From the NCBI GenBank assembly GCA_024280215.1, contig JAJRQO010000012.1:50553-114552 (forward strand): a DNA stretch of 64,000 nucleotides. Reading direction: 5' to 3'. This DNA is from Candidatus Zixiibacteriota bacterium. Lineage in GTDB: Bacteria; Zixibacteria; MSB-5A5; GN15; FEB-12. Below are positions 46,443-54,150 of the stretch, one piece after another. The first letter of the stretch is position 1, and every line of letters begins with the position of its first letter. Below the pieces are notes generated by a model. That model was given only the letters and a program-made list of their open reading frames with translations. It did not search any database and was not told where the DNA came from. A program made the translations under genes and the position numbers.

Positions 46443-47228
46443 ATGGCACTTGATAAAACCGAAGCCATCGTCCTAAAAGCTTACAACTGGTCGGAATCCT
46501 CACGTACGGTAGTTTTTTTCTCAAAAGAATTCGGTAAAATAGCACTATTTGACAAAGGTGGTCGCTCAATCAAATCCAAACGAGGTAAAGTGATGCCATT
46601 TGCCCCTTTGGAACTGACATTTTACAACTCCGAAAAAGAGACCACAGGCTATATTTCAGATATTGAAATTCATGAACTCTTTTCATTTGAAAAAGAAGGA
46701 ACTCTCGGTCGCTTAGCATACGCCTCGGCTGCTACCGAATTGATTCAAAAACTTCTCGCAGAAGAACAACCTCAGCGGCAATTATATACTTATTTTATCA
46801 ACTATCTCAAACAAATTGACTCAGTTGATAAACAATTTATCCCTGCTCTCTTTATCGCATTTTTCCTACGCCTCCTCTCCCTACTCGGCTATCATCCTTC
46901 AATATCCTATTGCATTGTCTGCAATAGCGAAATAAAAGTAGGAGGACAAACGCCGATTTTGTTTGGGGCTGACAATGGTGGGTCTGTATGCAATACTTGC
47001 CAAAAAGCAGGAGATTATTATATTAGCCTTTCGCCAGAGATGTTTAAAATATTCGTGGCGTTACAAACAGCATCGTTACAAGAAGCAGCGACGGTGCCGA
47101 TAGGTTTATCAAAAGTAACATTGCTACAAGAAGCGTTGATTCGGTTTATCAGTTCGCAGACTCAAACCGACTGCGGACTCAAATCGTTGGCGTTTATAGA
47201 AAAGTTAAAAAACAGCACTAACAAATAA
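46443..47228 (+). CDS. recO: DNA repair protein RecO
   Basis: N-terminal OB fold (EAIVLKAYNWSESSRTVVFFSKEFGKI) and a Cys4 zinc motif (CIVC...CNTC). Confidence 0.85.
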   Translation: MALDKTEAIVLKAYNWSESSRTVVFFSKEFGKIALFDKGGRSIKSKRGKVMPFAPLELTFYNSEKETTGYISDIEIHELFSFEKEGTLGRLAYASAATELIQKLLAEEQPQRQLYTYFINYLKQIDSVDKQFIPALFIAFFLRLLSLLGYHPSISYCIVCNSEIKVGGQTPILFGADNGGSVCNTCQKAGDYYISLSPEMFKIFVALQTASLQEAATVPIGLSKVTLLQEALIRFISSQTQTDCGLKSLAFIEKLKNSTNK

Positions 47229-47237
47229 GGTTTCAAA

Positions 47238-48575
47238 ATGGCAAAACAGAAAAAAAATGACACAATGGAAAAAATCGTCTCGCTATGCAAACGGCGTGGA
47301 TTTATTTTCCCTTCATCTGAAATATATGGTGGGTTAATCTCTTGCTGGGATTATGGACCTCTTGGTTCTGAACTCAAACGAAATCTAAAAAATCATTGGT
47401 GGAGCGAAATGACTATCCGCCGTCGAGATATTGAAGGTCTCGATGCTGCCATTCTGATGCATCCGAAAGTATGGGAAACATCTGGGCATGTCGAACTTTT
47501 CAACGACCCAATGGTCGACTGCAAAACATGTAAGTCTCGTTTTCGGGCTGACAAACTTGAAGAGTCTAAATGTCCGAATAAACCATCTAAATCACCAATC
47601 GAACATAATTGTGATTTGACCGAAGTTAAACAATTTAACCTGATGTTTAAAACTTTCATGGGACCTGTTGAAGACACATCCAATGTGATCTATATGCGTC
47701 CGGAAACGGCACAAGGAATCTATGTCAATTTCTTAAATGTCAAAAATTCTTCCCGTCAAAAAATACCATTCGGTATAGCACAAATCGGAAAAGCCTTCCG
47801 TAACGAAATAACACCTGGTAATTTTATTTTCCGTACTCGTGAATTTGAACAGATGGAAATGCAGTTCTTTATTCATCCATCTGAAGATGACAAATGGTTT
47901 GAATACTGGCGTGAACAACGATTTGCTTTCTACAAAGGTCTCGGCATCAATATGGATAAACTCCGCTGGCATGAACATGGTCCTGATGAGTTAGCTCATT
48001 ACGCTAAAGCTGCCTATGATATTGAGTATGAATATCCGTTCGGATGGCAAGAACTTGAAGGTGTTCACAACCGAACCGACTTTGATTTAGGTCGACATAT
48101 GGAAGCGACCAAAAAAGATATGCGATACTTTGATGAACGCTTCGATGAAAAATTCATCCCTTACATTATTGAAACTTCAGCAGGATGCGATAGAACCTTG
48201 TTAACTATTTTAGTAGATGCCTATGACGAAGTTGAAATTAAAGGAGAACAACGGGTCTTCATGCGTATCTCTCCAAAAGTTGCCCCAATAAAAGCAGCAA
48301 TACTTCCTCTTGTTAAAAAAGATGGTATGCCTGAATATGCTGAAAAAGTGTATGATGAAATTTCAAAAAAATTCAAAGTCTTCTACGATGTAGCGGGTGC
48401 TGTTGGACGTCGCTATGCACGAATGGATGAAGCTGGAACTCCGTACTGTATTACTATCGACGGTCAGACTCTCGAAGATGACACGATGACAGTTCGTGAT
48501 AGAGATACGATGGAACAAACTCGGATGAAAACTGCCGAAATTATTACATTTTTGGACAAACAAGTCAACGGGTAG
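47238..48575 (+). CDS. glyQS: Glycine--tRNA ligase (dimeric class II type)
   Basis: MEKIVSLCKRRGFIFPSSEIYGGL...WDYGPLG, IAQIGKAFRNEITP and FRTREFEQMEMQFF motifs. Confidence 0.95.
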   Translation: MAKQKKNDTMEKIVSLCKRRGFIFPSSEIYGGLISCWDYGPLGSELKRNLKNHWWSEMTIRRRDIEGLDAAILMHPKVWETSGHVELFNDPMVDCKTCKSRFRADKLEESKCPNKPSKSPIEHNCDLTEVKQFNLMFKTFMGPVEDTSNVIYMRPETAQGIYVNFLNVKNSSRQKIPFGIAQIGKAFRNEITPGNFIFRTREFEQMEMQFFIHPSEDDKWFEYWREQRFAFYKGLGINMDKLRWHEHGPDELAHYAKAAYDIEYEYPFGWQELEGVHNRTDFDLGRHMEATKKDMRYFDERFDEKFIPYIIETSAGCDRTLLTILVDAYDEVEIKGEQRVFMRISPKVAPIKAAILPLVKKDGMPEYAEKVYDEISKKFKVFYDVAGAVGRRYARMDEAGTPYCITIDGQTLEDDTMTVRDRDTMEQTRMKTAEIITFLDKQVNG

Positions 48576-48618
48576 CTGAAGCTACTTTTACCGCTTCGCG
48601 TTGTATTAAAATATGTGT

Positions 48619-48675
48619 TGTCATATTTTGTTTCGTTAGTTCCTGATTCCGCTTTAGCGGGATTGTGAACTAACG
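48619..48675 (+). repeat. TGTCAT-headed nested palindrome
   Basis: tgtcat..tCGTTAGTTCctgATTCCGCtttaGCGGGATtgtGAACTAACG. Confidence 0.65.
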
Positions 48676-48680
48676 ATTAC

Positions 48681-48704
48681 ATGTCAGGAAAGGGTTCCTG
48701 ACAC
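48681..48704. repeat. Palindromic repeat ATGTCAGGAAAGGGTTCCTGACAC
   Basis: Partner of the copy at 20284. Confidence 0.7.
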
Positions 48705-48740
48705 CGCCTTTAAAAACTTCACGTGGTACTATAATTCTAT

Positions 48741-48769
48741 GTAGGGGCGTTTCATGAAACGCCCTTTTT
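48741..48769 (+). repeat. GTAGG-headed REP-like hairpin with a T-run
   Basis: GTAGGGGCGTTTCATGAAACGCCC followed by T5. Confidence 0.75.
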
Positions 48770-48892
48770 ATCAAAGCCCTACTTTTCCCTCATAGACAAA
48801 CCGACCTTTCTTTATTATTGACAAATCAATACAAATTTTAGTATCTTTCTGATACATCATAAAAATAACACTGGCAATAGGATTATCTTAAA

Positions 48893-49468
48893 ATGGCTAT
48901 GAAAATAAATGAGTCGATAGTTTCTGAACATGTAGAAATAAAAGTTTTTCTTGGTGTTGTCGGTGCAATTTTCAAACAACTATACAATGGCTCTCCTGTA
49001 CCAAAAGAACATTTAGAACAGATTCATATTTTCATAACTAACTATATTGATAGCTTTCATCATGTCAAAGAAGAAAACATCCTCTTCGCATATCTGGAAA
49101 AATATAAGATGTATGGCAAAGATGATCTCGTTGGAGAACTCAAAGCAGATCACACAATGGGAAGAATGCTCATTACTTCATTAACCGATGCGATAGATAT
49201 TTACACTCCAGACGATAAAGAACTGGGGAAAGAAATCGCTACGACACTACAATTGTTTTCATCGACACTAACACATCATATTTGCCGTGAAGAATCCGAG
49301 CTAATTCCGTATCTAGAAGAAAGTTTATCAGACAATCAGAAAATTACAATAGAACAAGAGTATGCTGACTTACAAGAAGATTTTGAATTATCCAAACGAG
49401 AACTTTCCAAACTCGAACAATTAGTAATTTATTATGATATCGATGTCGAAGCATGTAAAAAGTGTTAA
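48893..49468 (+). CDS. Hemerythrin-like (HHE cation-binding) domain protein
   Basis: H...HH.KEE..LF and HH..EE..L.P patterns (FHHVKEENILFAYLE and THHICREESELIPYLEE). Confidence 0.65.
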   Translation: MAMKINESIVSEHVEIKVFLGVVGAIFKQLYNGSPVPKEHLEQIHIFITNYIDSFHHVKEENILFAYLEKYKMYGKDDLVGELKADHTMGRMLITSLTDAIDIYTPDDKELGKEIATTLQLFSSTLTHHICREESELIPYLEESLSDNQKITIEQEYADLQEDFELSKRELSKLEQLVIYYDIDVEACKKC

Positions 49469-49508
49469 AATATAACATTACTTTAGTAATGTCGTCCCTT
49501 TCCCCAAA

Positions 49509-49537
49509 TGTCATTCCCAACTTGATTACGGATCCAG
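49509..49537 (+). repeat. Decayed copy of TGTCATTCCCAACTTGATT(A)CGGATCCAG
   Basis: The stem is broken (GGGAAT changed to ACGGAT) relative to the copies at 19509 and 30797. Confidence 0.7.
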
Positions 49538-49661
49538 ATTTTTATTGAGTAAGCTTTATTAGTTTTAAAATTACTTAATTTCAAAAACCAAGAAATTCTT
49601 ACAAACAATCATCAATGATAGACAAAAAACATACAGTATTGTAGGTAAATAAATTTTTGAA

Positions 49662-49670
49662 TGGTATAAT
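49662..49670 (+). promoter_or_regulatory. Extended -10 promoter element TGgTATAAT
   Basis: Perfect TGnTATAAT in an AT-rich non-coding stretch, pointing toward the NYN gene. Confidence 0.4.
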
Positions 49671-49861
49671 AGAAAGTGAATAATTTCACGTCCAGACAAG
49701 TGGTTATAAAATTCTTTTGTACAACAAGTTACACGACATGCCTATTTTTAACTTTAAATATCAAAGGTTATAGCATATGAGTACAATAACTTACTTAACA
49801 CTAATAAGTATAAAAAGTGTGTTTAATAACGCAAAATAACGTATAAAACATGAAATAAAAC

Positions 49862-49891
49862 TTGACAAAAACGTATAAAAGTCGATATTAA
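49862..49891 (+). promoter_or_regulatory. Candidate sigma-70 promoter TTGACA-N18-TATTAA, bracketed by two AACGTATAAAA direct repeats
   Basis: Consensus -35 element. The 11-nt repeats lie at 49838-49848 and 49870-49880. Confidence 0.45.
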
Positions 49892-49926
49892 TAGTAGTTA
49901 ATCCTCAGAGGTCTTTGACTGATGAG

Positions 49927-49955
49927 CGCCCGCTTTACGGAGCGGGTTTTTTTTT
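49927..49955 (+). terminator. Strong intrinsic terminator 20 nt upstream of the NYN gene start
   Basis: CCCGCT-ttacgg-AGCGGG followed by T9. Confidence 0.75.
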
Positions 49956-49975
49956 ACTATTATTAAGGGAATTTT

Positions 49976-50653
49976 GTGAATCGTAGAACATCATTCTATA
50001 TTGATGGATTCAATGTCTATCACTTCTTAAAAAATATAGATTCTGGGAGATATAAATGGTTAAATTATATGGAGTTAGCCAGAAAATTAGCCCCTGCTGA
50101 TACTATAGAATCTGTTAAATATTTTTCTGCAAAAGCATTTTGGGATAATTCTAAAGTAAAAAAACATGAAGATTTTGTATCCGCATTACAACATTATGGT
50201 GTTCAAGATTACTGGGGTAATTTTGCTGACAAAGATAAAATATTCCATACAGAAAATGCTAGAGGAAAAAAACAAGTAAGATTTTACAATAGAACATTTA
50301 AAGCAAATAAACAACACGGCTATACTCGTGAAGAGAAAAAAACCGACGTAGCATTAGGAGTTGAAATGTATCGAGATGCTTCTAAAGGACTAGTAGATAA
50401 AGTAGTTTTAGTATCTAATGACACAGACTTTCTACCTTCTTTAGAGGCTATTAAAATAGACTTTCCAGACATTTTATTAAAAGTTTATGCTCCTGTAAAA
50501 CCACCTGCCATACTACCCTCTTCAATTAGACAATTGGTATCTAAGAAACATCATAGATATTTAGATATATTAGCTATAAAAAGTTCGCAACTTCCGAATA
50601 GTATTACAACTTCATCTGGTGAAATTATAGTAAAACCATCTGACTGGATTTAA
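49976..50653 (+). CDS. NYN-domain (PIN-like) predicted ribonuclease
   Basis: GTG start behind an AAGGGA SD. FYIDGFNVYH..., EKKTDVALGVEM and VVLVSNDTDFLPSLEAIK give the four conserved acidic positions of NYN/LabA-like nucleases. Confidence 0.8.
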   Translation: MNRRTSFYIDGFNVYHFLKNIDSGRYKWLNYMELARKLAPADTIESVKYFSAKAFWDNSKVKKHEDFVSALQHYGVQDYWGNFADKDKIFHTENARGKKQVRFYNRTFKANKQHGYTREEKKTDVALGVEMYRDASKGLVDKVVLVSNDTDFLPSLEAIKIDFPDILLKVYAPVKPPAILPSSIRQLVSKKHHRYLDILAIKSSQLPNSITTSSGEIIVKPSDWI

Positions 50654-50689
50654 TCTATTTCATAAATTAATAAAACAGGCTTGCTTGTG

Positions 50690-52896
50690 TTAGCCGACGA
50701 TTGTTAGCTTGGCGTATTTTGCTAAGATTTTTTTGAGTCCAATACCAGAAAACATAATTTCAAGTCTGAGCGATTCACCCATCCCCTCAACTTTGACTAT
50801 TCGTCCACGTCCGAATGTAGGATGTGCCACAATTCGTCCGACTTTCATAATTTCATTTTCTTCAAACTCGTAATGCACACCCTGTGGTTCCGACGATGCC
50901 ATAGCAGGTTTACGATTAAAGAAAGTTTGTTGAGTCGCTTGTCCAGAACGAGATGCGGAACCATAACGACGATTATGCCGACGATCTTTTTTCTCCATTA
51001 GTTCCGACGGAACCTCTTTGATAAACCGTGATGGTATCGACTCAACCTCGCCAAAACGATGACGGGTCGTTGCCGATGAAAGATACAGATGTTTCCTTGC
51101 TCGAGTTGCACCAACATAAAAAAGTCGTCGCTCTTCCTCAAGTGCCATCGGATCCATCGTTGCCTGACCAAGTGGGAAAAGTCCCTCTTCGAGACCAACC
51201 ATAAAGACGGTGTCGTACTCCAAACCTTTGGCAGCGTGGAGAGTCATAAGTGTAACTTTATCATCGATTTCTTTATAGGCATCTAAATCTGTAAATAGAG
51301 AAATTTCTGCAAGATACATTTCAAGAACTGCTTCGGTGTTTTTGTTCACATACTCAGCGACACCCTCGATGAAAGCTTCAATATTTTCAATTTTCGTCTG
51401 CCCGATAATTTTATCTTCATTACGAAGTTCTTCAATTAGGTTCAAATCTTCTACTAAGTCCTGAGTCATTAAATCAATCGCCATCGATTTTTTCTCAGTG
51501 CGATATTTTTCTATTAACTCGGCAAACGGTTTTATCCGTTTTGCTCTGGCACCAAACTCAGGGTAGTCATCTATTTTTTGAATGACTTCATACATCGAAA
51601 TAGTTTCTCGACGAGCAATCATCGCAATATCAGAAACTGTCTTGGCACCAATACCCCGTTTGGGATAATTGATAACTCGTTCAAATGCGACATCATCTTT
51701 GAAATTCACAATCAACTTCAGATAGCCCATAATATCTTTGATTTCTTTTCGTTGATAGAACGAAAGACCACCAACGATTTGGTACGGCAGAGACTGACGG
51801 CGGAGTTGTTCCTCAAATGCACGAGACTGGGCATTGGTACGATAGAGAATGGCAGTATCTTTGAGCGAGGTCGTCATCTGTTTGTTCATAATCGTTTTGA
51901 CAATTTCGAGTGCTTCTTCAGCAGCAGTATCAACAAGCAAAAGTTGAAGCTTGTCGCCACCTTGCTGGTCAGTCCAAAGTTTTTTCCCTTTACGAGCATC
52001 GTTGTTGTCGATAACCGCCGAGGCAGCATCAAGGATAACATTTGTCGAACGATAGTTTTGTTCAAGCTTTATAATTTTGGCACCGGGGAAATCTTTTTCA
52101 AAATCTAAAATGTTACGAATATCAGCACCACGCCATCCATAAATCGACTGGTCTTCATCACCAACAACACAAAGATTGTTATGCTCGCCGAGCAAATATT
52201 TCATCAAAAGGTACTGCACATGGTTGGTATCTTGATACTCATCAACCATCAGATACTTAAACCGATTGCGATATTTATTTCCAAGCTCTTCATGATTTTT
52301 CAGTAGTAGTACAGAGTTATAGAGCAAATCATCAAAATCCATCGCATCGCATTCTTTGAGCCGTTTTTCATAGAGAGAATATATTTTTGCAGTGGCATCT
52401 TCAAAATAACCTGATGATGTTTTGGCAAAATCAAAAGCGGAAATCAGTTTGTTTTTACAATCGGATATTTTTCTCATCTGTGCTTTTGGCGTAAACTGCG
52501 TATTCGAAAGACCTAACTCCTTGATACAGTTTTTGACAACGGTCTGAGCATCTTTGGCGTCAAAATAGTGTAATTGGAATCATAGCCTATCAGATGCGAT
52601 TCATTGCGAAGAAACCTCGCACAAAATGAGTGGAATGTCGAGACATTGAGCGATGTCACCCCGCCACCCAAAAGTTCGCTGACTCTTTCTTTCATCTCAC
52701 CTGCTGCTTTGTTGGTGAATGTCACAGCTAAAATTTGGTATGGTTCCGCTTTACGTTCGACAACAATGTGTGCTAACCGTCGAGTAAGTACTCGAGTTTT
52801 GCCCGAGCCTGCTCCTGCGATAACCAGTAGTGGCCCTTCGGTTGATGTGACTGCCTCAAGTTGGGCAGGGTTGAGATTTTCAAGTAGGTTGCTCAT
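50690..52896 (-). pseudogene. pcrA: ATP-dependent DNA helicase PcrA/UvrD interrupted by a 1-nt frameshift in a homopolymer
   Basis: The N-terminal ORF (52513-52896) has AGAGSGKT, TFTNKAA and TFHSF. The C-terminal ORF has the remaining helicase motifs (VDEYQDTN, YRS, TLHAAKGLEYD, VGATRA). The frames join if the A4 run at 52562-52565 (T4 on the coding strand) gains one base. That restores ...GYDSNYTIFDAKDAQTVVKNCIKELGL..., which aligns with UvrD/PcrA. Confidence 0.85.
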
Positions 52897-53307
52897 AGTT
52901 AGTGTTGAATATATGGATTGAATATACGAACGCAATTAGTTTGTTAGAAAATATTGTATCTGTATTAAAAACATGTCGGGGTTCACACAATTATAGTTTA
53001 TGGAATCGGAACCGCGACCTTCAAGAAATACTGAGGGAATAAGACCCAACTGAGTAACTCACCCCTTGATGTAAGTCTCTTTTCAAAACCACACTTACAT
53101 TAATCTTGATTTGTAAACGCACTCCAAGGAGTAAACCACTCGCCAAGCACATAATAACAAGAACAGAATAAAATTAAAAAGTTCTTGTGTCATAAAGTAT
53201 AATAAGATAAATTGGGTTTATAAACTCGATAATACGCAATGCTAATTTATATGTATGAATATAAAATTTATCGTGTGCGATTCGCTGTGCAGCGAGTCCG
53301 CCTCTTT

Positions 53308-53343
53308 CCCTCTCTTATACGGATATAAGAGAGGGGTTTTTTT
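53308..53343 (+). terminator. Orphan strong intrinsic terminator (no plus-strand ORF upstream)
   Basis: CCCTCTCTTATA-cgga-TATAAGAGAGGG (12-bp perfect stem) followed by T7. A second hairpin precedes it at 53280-53297. Confidence 0.7.
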
Positions 53344-53358
53344 ATACAATAATTAAAG

Positions 53359-53385
53359 GTCAGGTCTCGGTAAAACTTGACCTAC
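53359..53385 (-). repeat. REP-like unit GTCAGGTCTCGGTAAAACTTGACCTAC
   Basis: Relative of the copies at 31305 and 31784. Confidence 0.65.
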
Positions 53386-53410
53386 TGCATTAATTTTATA
53401 CAAAACTGTT

Positions 53411-53455
53411 GCACTTCAAATGTGAAGGCAGCTCTCAGCCTTCGCTGGGATGACA
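53411..53455 (-). repeat. TGTCA-headed repeat in reverse orientation
   Basis: The reverse complement reads TGTCATCCCAGCGAAGGCTGAGAGCTGCCTTCACATTTGAAGTGC. Confidence 0.6.
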
Positions 53456-53474
53456 ATGGGGCAAGGATGGTTTT

Positions 53475-53498
53475 GTAGGGAACAGGCTTGTCTGTTCC
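53475..53498 (+). repeat. GTAGG-headed REP-like palindrome GTAGGGAACAGGCTTGTCTGTTCC
   Basis: Same variant as 23574, 34251 and 34823. Confidence 0.75.
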
Positions 53499-53546
53499 GC
53501 TTAGACAGGGTAATGCCCTATCGGTACTGGTAAGTTTCAGGTATTC

Positions 53547-53576
53547 GTAGAGGCGTTACATGTAACGCCCCAACAT
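53547..53576 (+). repeat. GTAG-headed REP-like palindrome GTAGAGGCGTTACATGTAACGCCCCAACAT
   Basis: Same palindrome as 31823. Confidence 0.75.
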
Positions 53577-53612
53577 TGTCAAGTATCGGAAAAACCTGAC
53601 CTTGTCAGCAAT

Positions 53613-53640
53613 AAAAAAAAGAGGTGCTTAAAAGCACCTC
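53613..53640 (-). terminator. Intrinsic terminator downstream of rpmA
   Basis: The minus strand reads GAGGTGCTT-tt-AAGCACCTC followed by T8. Confidence 0.75.
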
Positions 53641-53657
53641 TTCAAATTTTAACAATT

Positions 53658-53684
53658 GTCAAGACCGCAGGGGTTCTGACCTAC
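53658..53684 (-). repeat. REP-like unit GTCAAGACCGCAGGGGTTCTGACCTAC, directly after the rpmA stop
   Basis: Second copy of the 18048 unit. Confidence 0.75.
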
Positions 53685-53687
53685 AAT

Positions 53688-53960
53688 TTAGTTTTGTTTT
53701 GGGTGGGTTTGGCTATAGACAGATACTTTTTTACCTGTTTTGCCAACTCTTTCAAAACAAACCTCACCGTCAATTTTTGAGAACAATGTGTAATCTTTAC
53801 CTTGGCCAACATTGTTACCAGCTTTGATTGGAGAGCCAACCTGACGAACGATGATTGAGCCAGCAGTAATCGACTGGCCTGAGTATAGTTTGGTTCCGCG
53901 TCTTTGTCCGTTTGAATCCCGACCGTTTCTTGTCGAACCAACACCTTTTTTATGAGCCAT
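53688..53960 (-). CDS. rpmA: 50S ribosomal protein L27
   Basis: [23 protein letters not shown]...GQ...AGSIIVRQ.G....AG.NVG.GKD.TLF....G.V.F. Confidence 0.95.
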   Translation of the reverse strand: MAHKKGVGSTRNGRDSNGQRRGTKLYSGQSITAGSIIVRQVGSPIKAGNNVGQGKDYTLFSKIDGEVCFERVGKTGKKVSVYSQTHPKQN

Positions 53961-54116
53961 AATAAAACCTCGTATATTTTAAAAATTCTTTTCTATTTAG
54001 TTCACAACCTTTCGATTGTAGCCACCAATTATAACACACCAGCAGATTAATGCAACATATTTTTGCAACGTGTTGGTTAAAAACAGCTTAACTTTTTAAA
54101 ATCGTCATAAAATAGT

Positions 54117-54148
54117 CAAAAAAACAGCCGATTATATAAAATCGGCTG
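54117..54148 (-). terminator. Intrinsic terminator immediately after the clpC stop
   Basis: The minus strand reads CAGCCGAT-tttatata-ATCGGCTG followed by T7. Confidence 0.75.
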
Positions 54149-54150
54149 TT

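Noticed and set aside
48866-48885. CTGGCAATAGGATTATC upstream of the hemerythrin-like gene as a sigma-54 promoter
   Set aside because: The -12 GC dinucleotide is missing (TTAT instead of TTGC). The element is also too close to the start codon.
49918-49925. CUGAUGAG string in the NYN leader, suggestive of a hammerhead ribozyme core
   Set aside because: The partner GAAA/CGAAA core and the required three-stem arrangement are absent. The following sequence is simply the terminator stem.
53001-53066. Possible tRNA gene on the minus strand (GGTTCCGATTCC T-loop-like and ACTCAGTTGGGTC D-loop-like strings)
   Set aside because: I cannot fold a cloverleaf. There is no T-stem complement, no acceptor-stem pairing beyond GGGG/CCCC, and no anticodon arm. 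At best this is a decayed fragment, so I report it only as part of a finding.
53624-53944. ORFs 53624-53827 (plus strand) and 53681-53944 (minus strand)
   Set aside because: They overlap rpmA, whose L27 translation is unambiguous. One also runs through a REP unit and a terminator.
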